The notes under the pieces were generated by a model. The model made no database searches, was not told the DNA's origin, and saw only the letters and a program-made list of their open reading frames with translations. Position numbers and translations under genes: made by a program. 32,423 bases of DNA from contig CACZTF010000102.1 in assembly GCA_902784025.1 (NCBI GenBank), positions 1 through 32,423 on the forward strand. Direction: 5' to 3'. This document shows positions 8,432-15,787 of the stretch, piece after piece. Position 1 is the stretch's first letter, and the number at the start of each line of letters is the position of its first letter. The stretch is from an uncultured Lachnospiraceae bacterium. GTDB taxonomy: Bacteria; Bacillota; Clostridia; Lachnospirales; Lachnospiraceae.

Positions 8432-9262
8432 CTAACCGTTATTTGTAAAAAGCGTACCTACAGACTCACCTTCCAAAGCGAGCTTAATGTTATAAGGATC
8501 ATTTCCATTTAAAATGAGCATGTCGGCCCCTGCGCCCAGAGCTATTTCCGCAGCTGTTAGTTTTGCACTCATGCCGCCTCTGCCTACCCCCCCTTTGTGA
8601 GTTCCTTTTGCCATATGGACAAGTTTATCGGAAATATCCGTTATCTCTGATATCAGTTCAGCATCAGGATTATTCTTGGGATCATCAGTGTACATACCGT
8701 CTATATCAGACAGGAGTACTAAAAGGTCTGCCCCTGTAAGCTCTGCTACTATAGCAGACAGTCTGTCATTATCCCCAAATGTCTGTACCTGTTCTATCTC
8801 TTCAGTGGATATAGAATCGTTTTCATTTACAACGGGAACCACACCGAGTTTAAAGAGTTCTTCAAATGTGTTGTATGCGTTCTTTCTGGTGTATTCGTTA
8901 TCAAGGGTTACCCTTGTGAGGAGCACCTGACCCATTCCGGTATTGTACTCTGCAAAAAGCTTCTGATACATCATTACGAGTTTTGCCTGCCCTATGGAAG
9001 CACATGCCTGTTTAAGCGGCAGGCTGTCTGCCTCATGTATCTTTTCCCTGTACAATCCGATAGAAGCTTTTCCAATAGCTACGGCACCTGACGAAACAAG
9101 ACAAACATCTCTTCCCTCATTTTTTATATCAACCAATACTCTGACAAGACGTTCAAGACGCATTATGTTCAAACGTCCTGTTTCCTCATGAACAAGAGAG
9201 GAAGATCCTATTTTCACAACTATTCTTTTTTTATCTTTAAGACCTGCACGCGCTGAACTCAT
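8432..9262 (-). CDS. proB: Glutamate 5-kinase (short form, no PUA domain)
   Basis: Amino-acid-kinase N-terminus KRIVVKIGSSSLVHE plus other ProB-like blocks (VSSGAVAIG, PVVNENDSIS). GGGAG lies upstream of ATG 9262 (MSSARAGLKDKK...). The track's upstream extension to 9364 is hydrophobic read-through of the leader. Confidence 0.9.
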   Translation of the reverse strand: MSSARAGLKDKKRIVVKIGSSSLVHEETGRLNIMRLERLVRVLVDIKNEGRDVCLVSSGAVAIGKASIGLYREKIHEADSLPLKQACASIGQAKLVMMYQKLFAEYNTGMGQVLLTRVTLDNEYTRKNAYNTFEELFKLGVVPVVNENDSISTEEIEQVQTFGDNDRLSAIVAELTGADLLVLLSDIDGMYTDDPKNNPDAELISEITDISDKLVHMAKGTHKGGVGRGGMSAKLTAAEIALGAGADMLILNGNDPYNIKLALEGESVGTLFTNNG

Positions 9263-9299
9263 TATACTTACTCCCGAATCAAAAAAAAACATTATTTTC

Positions 9300-9328
9300 A
9301 TTTTACATGACAAGGTTCTTTTTATCAA
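9300..9328 (-). promoter_or_regulatory. Candidate sigma-A promoter of the proB operon
   Basis: The minus strand reads TTGATA (9328-9323), a 17-nt spacer, then TAAAAT (9305-9300), about 40 nt upstream of the proB ATG. Confidence 0.5.
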
Positions 9329-9427
9329 GTTTGTAATTATCACTATCCGGAACAAAAAAAGCATTTCGAACTTGCTTCTGAGAAAGAATTATCTCAGGCT
9401 TTATCGTCATAAAACCACTATCCCGAT

Positions 9428-9460
9428 TAAAAAAGACACCGCACTAAAATGCGATGCCTT
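9428..9460 (-). terminator. Rho-independent terminator after the 60-aa membrane ORF (A-run and T-run on both sides, so possibly bidirectional)
   Basis: Minus-strand RNA: AGGCAUCGCA-loop-UGCGGUGUCU followed by UUUUUU. Both imperfect positions are G.U only on the minus strand. Confidence 0.7.
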
Positions 9461-9477
9461 CTTTTTTGATCATCTGA

Positions 9478-9660
9478 TCATCTCTTCATCATCCACCACA
9501 AAAATATCATCCTTTTATTCATTTCTTTTTTCACTGTTTTTTTTATCTTCTTCTCTTCTTCAGACAAATTTCTCTCCGTACGTTTTTCGTGATAATAACC
9601 TAAAAGGCCTACCGCAATTCCTACGCCGACACATATAATGATCACTATAAAAACACCCAT
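9478..9660 (-). CDS. Small membrane protein (60 aa): one N-terminal TM helix plus a Lys/Glu-rich tail
   Basis: GAGGAAG lies 7 nt before the ATG. An extended -10 TGCTATAAT (9735-9727) lies upstream and the gene has its own terminator downstream. The sequence is MGVFIVIIICVGVGIAVGLLGYY followed by a KR-rich tail. Confidence 0.6.
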   Translation of the reverse strand: MGVFIVIIICVGVGIAVGLLGYYHEKRTERNLSEEEKKIKKTVKKEMNKRMIFLWWMMKR

Positions 9661-9756
9661 AAGATCACTTCCTCAGAAAAACCGGGTACGTTTTTTAATC
9701 TTTCGTCAATACTGATCTTTAATCCGATTATAGCATGTCATATGTATAAAGTATAT

Positions 9757-9789
9757 AAAAAAGATGATCATCTTTGATGACCATCTTTT
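9757..9789 (-). terminator. Rho-independent terminator of the His-rich protein gene
   Basis: Minus-strand RNA: AAAAGAUGGUCAUC-AAA-GAUGAUCAUCUUUU followed by UU. That is a 14-bp stem with one G.U, 29 nt after the stop codon. Confidence 0.7.
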
Positions 9790-9817
9790 AAAGAATTAAT
9801 AAGCAGTTTTTTTCGTA

Positions 9818-10402
9818 TCAATGCTTATGATCTTCGTGATCGCATCCGCATTTATGCTCATGTGAATGTTCGGATGTATCTCCGCCCTCATGTACATGCT
9901 CGTGGCTGTGCGCATGCTCATGTCCGTGGTTGTGAGTCGTTCCGTCTGCATGGGTATGTTCATGACTGTGACCGTGTGTGTGCTCGTGTGTGTGGTCTAC
10001 AGCTTCATGTGAATGCTCATGATCTGCGAATTCCTTTGAATCATGATCATGTGTGTGTGCAACGGTATCTCCGCCCTCATGTACATGCTCATGGCTGTGC
10101 GCATGCTCATGTCCGTGGCTGTGAGTCGTTCCGTCTGCATGGGTATGTTCATGACTGTGACCGTGTGTGTGCTCATGTGTGTGGTCTACAGCTTCATGTG
10201 AATGCTCATGATCTGCAAATTCTGCTGAATCGTGATCGTGTGTGTGTGCAGCGGTGTCTCCGCCCCCATGTACATGCTCATGACTGTGCGCATGCTCATG
10301 TCCATGGTTGTGTGTCGTTCCGTCTGCATGAGTATGCTCATGTGTATGCTCATGGCTGTGCTCATGCACGTGATCTACAGTTTCATCGTTAGCTCCTCCC
10401 AT
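9818..10402 (-). CDS. Histidine-rich tandem-repeat protein (about 194 aa, roughly one-third His), a putative metal-binding protein
   Basis: AAGGAGG lies 7 nt before ATG 10402 (MGGANDETVDHVHEHSHEH...). The body is made of HEHxH/HTHxH runs in about 2.7 copies of a 63-aa unit. The C-terminus is HKCGCDHEDHKH. The gene has its own promoter and terminator. Confidence 0.8.
   Translation of the reverse strand: MGGANDETVDHVHEHSHEHTHEHTHADGTTHNHGHEHAHSHEHVHGGGDTAAHTHDHDSAEFADHEHSHEAVDHTHEHTHGHSHEHTHADGTTHSHGHEHAHSHEHVHEGGDTVAHTHDHDSKEFADHEHSHEAVDHTHEHTHGHSHEHTHADGTTHNHGHEHAHSHEHVHEGGDTSEHSHEHKCGCDHEDHKH
9876..10390. repeat. Tandem repeat, 189-bp unit, about 2.7 copies (coding, inside the His-rich gene)
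   Basis: Unit starts at 9876, 10065 and 10254 (GTATCTCCGCCCTCATGTACATGCTC...). Copies 1 and 2 are nearly identical. Copy 3 diverges in its last third. Confidence 0.9.
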
Positions 10403-10506
10403 AATGAAGTCCTCCTTAGCTAATAACTCATAATATATAAAAATCCTGGTATTCAAAAAGCAGATCTGCCACGATCGATCCGAATGTTTTTGTCAACCAT
10501 TATTAA

Positions 10507-10575
10507 ATTATATCACAACCACAATATGTAGTATATACTGTGGGACAATGTTGTATTCATGTCTATATATTATAC
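10507..10575 (-). promoter_or_regulatory. Candidate promoter (extended -10 TGATATAAT, 10515-10507) with two NrdR-box-like palindromes upstream of the His-rich gene
   Basis: Box I, 10519-10534, is CCACAATATGTAGTAT. Box II, 10560-10575, is TGTCTATATATTATAC (one core mismatch). Their centres are 41 bp apart. Confidence 0.5.
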
Positions 10576-10671
10576 AGTGTGTGCAACTATTAACGCTGTT
10601 CTTTTGAAATAAAACAATATTTTTTCATTACATTTATAATTTTTTTACATCCATATATTTTTTCTTTCCAT

Positions 10672-10714
10672 CAAATAAATAAAACCAGGAAGGAATACAA
10701 ACATTCCGCCTTGG
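10672..10714 (-). terminator. Rho-independent terminator of nrdD
   Basis: Minus-strand RNA: CCAAGGCGGAAU-GUUUG-UAUUCCUUCCUGG followed by UUUUAUUUAUUU. The stem is imperfect. Confidence 0.55.
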
Positions 10715-10805
10715 TCTTATTTCAGTTATAGCTGCAAATTGTGTATATAGAAATTCAAGCCTTATTTCAGTTAAAGTTGCAACTCAACAGTATAAACATG
10801 CATCA

Positions 10806-12977
10806 TTACAGATGAAGCACCCTGTCCTGGATCTCCTGGGTCCTGCCCTGATTCCAGAACTGTGTTCCTATATATCCGCAAGTTCTTCTTGCAACATTTA
10901 ATTTGTTCTGATCACGATTACCGCAGTTAGGGCACTCCCATACCAGTTTGCCATGTCCGTCATCAACTACCAGGATCTCACCGTCAAATCCGCAAACCTG
11001 ACAGTAATCACTTTTTGTGTTCAACTCTGCATACATGATATTGTCGTAAATATACTGCATCACTCCCAGAACAGCGTCAATGTTCTGCGTCATGTTCGGA
11101 ACCTCCACATAGCTGATGGCACCTCCGGGGCTGAGAGCCTGGAACTCAGACTCAAACTTCAGTTTTGTAAAAGCATCGATCTCTTCCTGAACATGCACAT
11201 GATAACTGTTTGTAATATAGTTTTTATCAGTAACTCCGGGGATGATACCAAATCTCTTCTGGAGACACTGGGCAAACTTATATGTAGTTGACTCCAGCGG
11301 CGTTCCGTATAAGCTGAAGGAAATGTTCGAATCAGCTCTCCACTTCAGACACTTATCATTCATAAACTGCATAACTGCAAGGGCAAAATCCTTCCCGTCC
11401 TTATCCGTGTGGGAAACCCCCTTCATGTACTGTGTACATTCGTTCAATCCTGCATAACCAAGGGAAATGGTCGAGTAGTTGCCGTAAAGGAGTTTGTCGA
11501 TGGTCTCACCCTTTTTAAGACGAGCAAGTGCTCCATTCTGCCAGAGTATGGGAGCAACATCCGAAGGTGTACCCTTCAGTCTGTCATGACGGCACATAAG
11601 GGCCTTATGGCATAACTGCATACGTTCCTCTAATATCTCCCAGAATTTTTCTTCATTACCGCCTGAGGAACAAGCCACATCTACAAGATTAAGTGTAACT
11701 ACACCCTGATTAAATCTTCCGTAATACTTATGCTGACCGTTTTCTCCCATACCATCCACATCAGGAGTAAGGAATGAACGGCATCCCATGCAAGCATACA
11801 CATCACCGTTCTTTAATTCTTTCATCTTTTTAGCTGAAATGTAGTCGGGAACCATGCGTTTTGCAGTACACTTTGCAGCAAGTACTGTAAGATCCCAATA
11901 CTGACTTCCCTCACGTACATTGTCTTCATCCAGAACATAAATGAGCTTCGGAAATGCAGGTGTGATAAACACACCTTTTTCATTCTTAACGCCTGTGATC
12001 CTCTGCTCAAGAACCTCTTTTATAACGAGAGCAAGATCGTCACGGGTCTGTCCCTCGGGAACCTCATCAAGGTACATAAATACAGTAACGAACGGAGCCT
12101 GGCCGTTTGTAGTCATAAGGGTTATCACCTGATACTGTATCATCTGAACGCCTCGTTTGATCTCGTCAAGGACACGAAGTTCCGCAACACGGTTTATCTT
12201 TTCTTCTTCAAGAGGAACTCCGGCAGTTTCAAACTCTTTCTTTACCTGCGCTCTGAACTTATCCCTGCTTACCTGCACAAAAGGAGCAAGGTGTGAGAGC
12301 GATATGCTCTGACCACCATACTGTGAACTGGCAATCTGGGCAATGGCCTGTGTTGCGATATTACATGCCGTCGAAAAACTGTGGGGCTTTTCGATCATCG
12401 TCTCGCTGATCACCGTTCCGTTCTGAAGCATATCCTCTAAATTTACAAGACAGCAGTTATGCATATGCTGTGCAAAGTAATCTGAATCATGGAAATGTAT
12501 GATCCCCTGCTCATGTGCATCCACCACATCTGAAGGAAGAAGAAGTCTCTTTGTGATATCTTTACTCACTTCTCCCGCCATATAATCCCTCTGTACACTG
12601 TTTACAGTGGGATTTTTATTAGAGTTTTCCTGCTTGACTTCCTCATTATTACACTCAAGAAGACTTAAAATCTGCTCATCTGTAGAATTTGATTTACGAA
12701 CAAGAGCTCTTTTGTATCTGTAGGTTATATATTTTCTCGCAACTGAAAATGCTCTGTACTGCATTATCTGGTTTTCTACAAGATCCTGGATCTCTTCCAC
12801 GTTCAGAGAACGTCCGATCTCGGCACACATTCCCTCTACATTTTTTGCGATGGTCTGTATCTGCTCGTCGGAAAGACGTTCACCCGGTACCACTTCGTTG
12901 TTAGCTTTTTCCACAGCTGCAACTATTTTTGCACCGTCGAAAATCATTTCTGAGCCGCTTCTTTTTATGATCTTCAA
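10806..12977 (-). CDS. nrdD: Anaerobic ribonucleoside-triphosphate reductase (class III RNR)
   Basis: ATP-cone N-terminus (KIIKRSGSEMIFDGAKIVAAVEKA), C-terminal Zn site CQVCGF...CPNCGN, and glycyl-radical motif RRTCGYIG. GGGAGGA lies 7 nt before TTG 12977, so the true start is probably TTG 12977 rather than the track's upstream TTG at 13022. Confidence 0.93.
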   Translation of the reverse strand: MKIIKRSGSEMIFDGAKIVAAVEKANNEVVPGERLSDEQIQTIAKNVEGMCAEIGRSLNVEEIQDLVENQIMQYRAFSVARKYITYRYKRALVRKSNSTDEQILSLLECNNEEVKQENSNKNPTVNSVQRDYMAGEVSKDITKRLLLPSDVVDAHEQGIIHFHDSDYFAQHMHNCCLVNLEDMLQNGTVISETMIEKPHSFSTACNIATQAIAQIASSQYGGQSISLSHLAPFVQVSRDKFRAQVKKEFETAGVPLEEEKINRVAELRVLDEIKRGVQMIQYQVITLMTTNGQAPFVTVFMYLDEVPEGQTRDDLALVIKEVLEQRITGVKNEKGVFITPAFPKLIYVLDEDNVREGSQYWDLTVLAAKCTAKRMVPDYISAKKMKELKNGDVYACMGCRSFLTPDVDGMGENGQHKYYGRFNQGVVTLNLVDVACSSGGNEEKFWEILEERMQLCHKALMCRHDRLKGTPSDVAPILWQNGALARLKKGETIDKLLYGNYSTISLGYAGLNECTQYMKGVSHTDKDGKDFALAVMQFMNDKCLKWRADSNISFSLYGTPLESTTYKFAQCLQKRFGIIPGVTDKNYITNSYHVHVQEEIDAFTKLKFESEFQALSPGGAISYVEVPNMTQNIDAVLGVMQYIYDNIMYAELNTKSDYCQVCGFDGEILVVDDGHGKLVWECPNCGNRDQNKLNVARRTCGYIGTQFWNQGRTQEIQDRVLHL

Positions 12978-13062
12978 AGTATTTTCCTCCCTGTTATATG
13001 TGTTTTTCTTAAAAAGGATCAACCTAAAGCCCGTAATTACGGCTTTGTTTTAGCTCACAGGG

Positions 13063-13113
13063 ATAATACTATATATTGTGGTCGTTGTCAAGATTCTTTA
13101 CTATATATTGGTA
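13063..13113 (-). promoter_or_regulatory. nrdD promoter with a tandem NrdR operator
   Basis: The minus strand reads TTGACA (13091-13086), a 17-nt spacer, then TATTAT (13068-13063). The NrdR boxes are 13066-13081 (ATACTATATATTGTGG) and 13098-13113 (TTACTATATATTGGTA). Both have the core C-w-A-t-A-T-a-T-w-G, and their centres are 32 bp apart. Confidence 0.75.
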
Positions 13114-13241
13114 ATTTTATTTATGTTAAAAAGATATACAGATAGGTTTTTTTGTATATCTGTGACTGTTGAACAGCCTGTATCATGCATAAAAAACAAT
13201 TCTTCAGTTTTCTCTTTATTATTATCTTACCACCAACTTTT

Positions 13242-13793
13242 TTAATGATCCACCGAGATCATCTTGCAATAATATGAGGCCGCCTCTCCGGGTGGAGTTT
13301 TCATTTCATCTCCCGCCCACCACTCAAGAGCGGAAACAAAACTGTCAGTCAGCATCTTCATCACAAAATCCTCCGGTATACCGATGCTGAGTTTTTCAGC
13401 CCGGTCATGGAACAACTCCTCAAGATAAGATCTCATATAAAACTTATATATTTCACTGCTGTCAAATCTCATGATCCTTACTATCTCATTTCTGTTATCA
13501 TACAGATGGCTGAAAAGGTGATGTATCTTTAAGGATAAAGGATTCACGTCAGCCGGAATATCGTGAGGAGAAAGCTCTTTCAGTTCATTTGAAAAAACAT
13601 GTTCAAAAAGCTCGCTGCACATAGTATGCAAAAGCTCATCTTTTGTTTCAAAATGAGCGTAAAAAGTACTTCTGCCAATATCCGCTTCATCTATGATATC
13701 CTGTATGGTTATATCGGCATATTTCTTTTTATCAAGAAGGACGTAAAATGCCTTCATTATAGCTTTTCTGGTTTTTAATACTCTTCTGTCCAT
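13242..13793 (-). CDS. TetR/AcrR family transcriptional regulator
   Basis: The N-terminal HTH ITIQDIIDEADIGRSTFYAHFETKDELL is typical of TetR. AAGGGAG lies upstream of ATG 13793 (MDRRVLKTRK...). Confidence 0.88.
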   Translation of the reverse strand: MDRRVLKTRKAIMKAFYVLLDKKKYADITIQDIIDEADIGRSTFYAHFETKDELLHTMCSELFEHVFSNELKELSPHDIPADVNPLSLKIHHLFSHLYDNRNEIVRIMRFDSSEIYKFYMRSYLEELFHDRAEKLSIGIPEDFVMKMLTDSFVSALEWWAGDEMKTPPGEAASYYCKMISVDH

Positions 13794-13825
13794 ATGCTCC
13801 CTTTCAAAATCAAACAAAATGCAAA

Positions 13826-13850
13826 TAAATGTATGATATCCTTACATTTA
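13826..13850. promoter_or_regulatory. Candidate TetR operator (8-bp inverted repeat)
   Basis: TAAATGTA-tgatatcct-TACATTTA lies just upstream of the tetR start. A second palindrome of the same geometry is CTGATT-N9-AATCAG at 13909-13929. Confidence 0.4.
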
Positions 13851-14011
13851 TAACTAATAGTTCCATAACTTACTATATTTCACATATGCTTATTGAATAC
13901 TGTTGTTACTGATTATATCATGAAATCAGATAAAGTGTTCATTATCTTACAAGAGTTCATTAGATTGCGTTTTATATATTATTGCGGTATTTCCGCAGAA
14001 AGGAGTAAGTC

Positions 14012-14224
14012 ATGAAAAAGTTAAGAAATTTTTTCAATAAACTTTTTTCGGGTAATCCCGATCTTCCGGATAACAAGATCTTCGGAAATCCTTACATGGA
14101 TGCCCAGCAATTCATGTATTCCTATATCACTTTTTCCGGCGATACCCGCAAGCAGGAAGGAAGCAATAAACCAATCAAAGGGAAAGTTATTAATTTTAAC
14201 GACTACAAGTTACGGCAGGCATAA
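14012..14224 (+). CDS. Small hypothetical protein (70 aa), divergent from the TetR gene
   Basis: AAAGGAG lies 7 nt before the ATG and a terminator follows at 14311-14340. There is no TM segment and no motif I recognise. Confidence 0.55.
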   Translation: MKKLRNFFNKLFSGNPDLPDNKIFGNPYMDAQQFMYSYITFSGDTRKQEGSNKPIKGKVINFNDYKLRQA

Positions 14225-14310
14225 ATCAATTATTCTGCCTGATGGAGATCACCCAGTCCCGGACTGTTTTAGAGTTGCTGAGCCTCTGCAAATACACGTG
14301 ATATGCTATA

Positions 14311-14340
14311 AAAAAGACTGTGTAAGTCTTTTTTTATTTT
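14311..14340 (+). terminator. Weak A/T-flanked hairpin terminator (could work in both directions)
   Basis: AAAAAGACT-GTGT-AAGTCTTTTTTTATTTT. Confidence 0.5.
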
Positions 14341-14506
14341 AATCTTTCACAGATAAAACACCAGCTTTTTTTCTTCATGGCCGTATCTGCCGCCACAAAG
14401 AACTAATATCTGTGATCAGGCTTACATCAATTATTTTCTCATTGTTCCATCAAAAAAGACCCTGAGACCTATAGTCTTTGGATCTTATTTTAAAAAATAT
14501 ATGTAG

Positions 14507-14577
14507 CAGGGGTGGAGAGAATCGAACTCCCGCCAAAAGTTTTGGAGACTCCTATGATACCATTTCACCACACCCCT
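14507..14577 (-). tRNA. trnW: tRNA-Trp (anticodon CCA)
   Basis: The reverse complement folds as a cloverleaf: acceptor AGGGGTG/CACCCCT, anticodon arm GGAGT-CTCCAAA-ACTTT, T-arm GGGAG-TTCGATT-CTCTC, discriminator G. No CCA end is encoded. Confidence 0.92.
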
Positions 14578-14605
14578 AAAGGCCGTATTTTAAAACGACC
14601 TGTGT

Positions 14606-14634
14606 ATGATATCATCATTTTGGTTTTGTGTCAA
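14606..14634 (-). promoter_or_regulatory. Promoter of tRNA-Trp
   Basis: The minus strand reads TTGACA (14634-14629), a 17-nt spacer, then TATCAT (14611-14606), about 30 nt upstream of the tRNA 5' end. Confidence 0.6.
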
Positions 14635-14644
14635 TTATTATTTG

Positions 14645-15465
14645 TCAGTCATACTCTTTTTCGAAAAATATTATTTTTCCTGTTACCGCATTTATATCAT
14701 AATCATATTCATATCTTCCGGACTTGAATTCTATTTCATAAACATACTGTCCCCTCTTATAGTCAAGTTCACACTTATAATCCCTGATATTTCCCGCCGA
14801 TACTCCGGCATGGCTTAAAGCTATGGATTTTACTTTTGCTTCTCCTAAATAGGAAGTATTATTTTTATTACCTGATATCTGAGTGAGCCAGCCCCTGGAG
14901 TCTGCTTTGTATTTCACACCATTTATATTTGTAATGGTATTTACGACCAGCCATCCGTTGTTTCCAAAATATGACTTATGGAACCCTGTGTTTCCGTCAG
15001 GATTATCCGTTCCGGCACCCATATTCTGCAGACCGGTCCTGAGCCACCCGTTATTACCGAAATACGACCAATGTTTTGCGGTGTTGCCGTCAGGATTGTT
15101 TGTTCCCTTGCCAAGCTGCACCCATCCGGTCCTGAGCCATCCGTTACTGCCGAAATACGACCAGTGCTTTTGAGTATTTCCGTCAGGATTACTTGTCCCC
15201 TTACCAAGATACAACCAACCGGTCCTTAAGATTCCGTTATTACCGAAATAACTCCAGTGAGGTTTCTTTTCGCCTTCTTTAGATGTCATATAATGCCAGC
15301 CGGTGTAAGGCTTTCCATTTTTACCGTAATACTTCCATTCCTTCCTTGTCGCGTTGTATGACCATCCTGTCTGAGCAGCATAGACATTTGATACTGAGGG
15401 TGCGATGATCATACCGGCAGTTATCACTCCGGCTGCAATTGCTGCTACCTTCCCTAAATATCTCA
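14645..15465 (-). CDS. Secreted protein with cell-wall-binding-type repeats and a C-terminal PepSY domain
   Basis: Signal peptide MRYLGKVAAIAAGVITAGMIIAPSVSNVYA. There are about five aromatic/Gly repeats (HWSYFGNNGWLRTGW.LGKGT.NPDGNT.K). The C-terminal block AKVKSIALSHAGV...YEIEFKSGRYEYDYDINAVTGKII looks PepSY-like. AAGGAG lies 9 nt before ATG 15465. Confidence 0.8.
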
Positions 15466-15787
15466 TTTTTATCACTCCTTTTTTTTATTATATAATTATA
15501 ATGGATAAATGGTTTGTTTTATTGCATGCACCGCACTTTCGTATACATTATCGCATTTTTTTGTTTCTGTCATGATGATAACCGGTCAGTTCATTAAATA
15601 TTTTTTTATAAAAATGGTTTATTTTCCTATGATGATATCCCTTGGAATTATCATCAAATAAACACGACAATAACATTTTTTTTGTGTATAATCCTTAATC
15701 ATATGTATATATACCCGTATCCCTTTAACAGATTATGATAAAACCCACGATAATAACTATTTTTCTGATAAGAACGAGGTAAAAGCA

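Noticed and set aside
9876-10390. Regular 189-bp repeats that could be mistaken for a CRISPR-like or satellite array.
   Set aside because: The units are contiguous with no spacers, are in-frame coding sequence of a well-signalled gene, and no cas genes are present.
9862-10392. A 176-aa plus-strand ORF (Cys/His/Val/Arg-rich), fully antisense to the His-rich gene.
   Set aside because: It is a by-product of His/Glu codons (CAT/CAC/GAG), whose complements contain no stop codons. It has no SD, promoter or terminator on the plus strand, whereas the minus-strand gene has all of them.
14440-14500. A possible terminator downstream of tRNA-Trp (AAAGAC-N13-GUCUUU followed by UUU).
   Set aside because: The stem is only 6 bp and A/U-rich, with a 13-14-nt loop. 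That is too weak to call.
14883-15229. Three overlapping 83-96-aa ORFs on both strands inside the cell-wall-repeat gene.
   Set aside because: They are alternative-frame artefacts of the internally repetitive coding sequence. The 276-aa minus-strand frame has the signal peptide, SD and recognisable domains.
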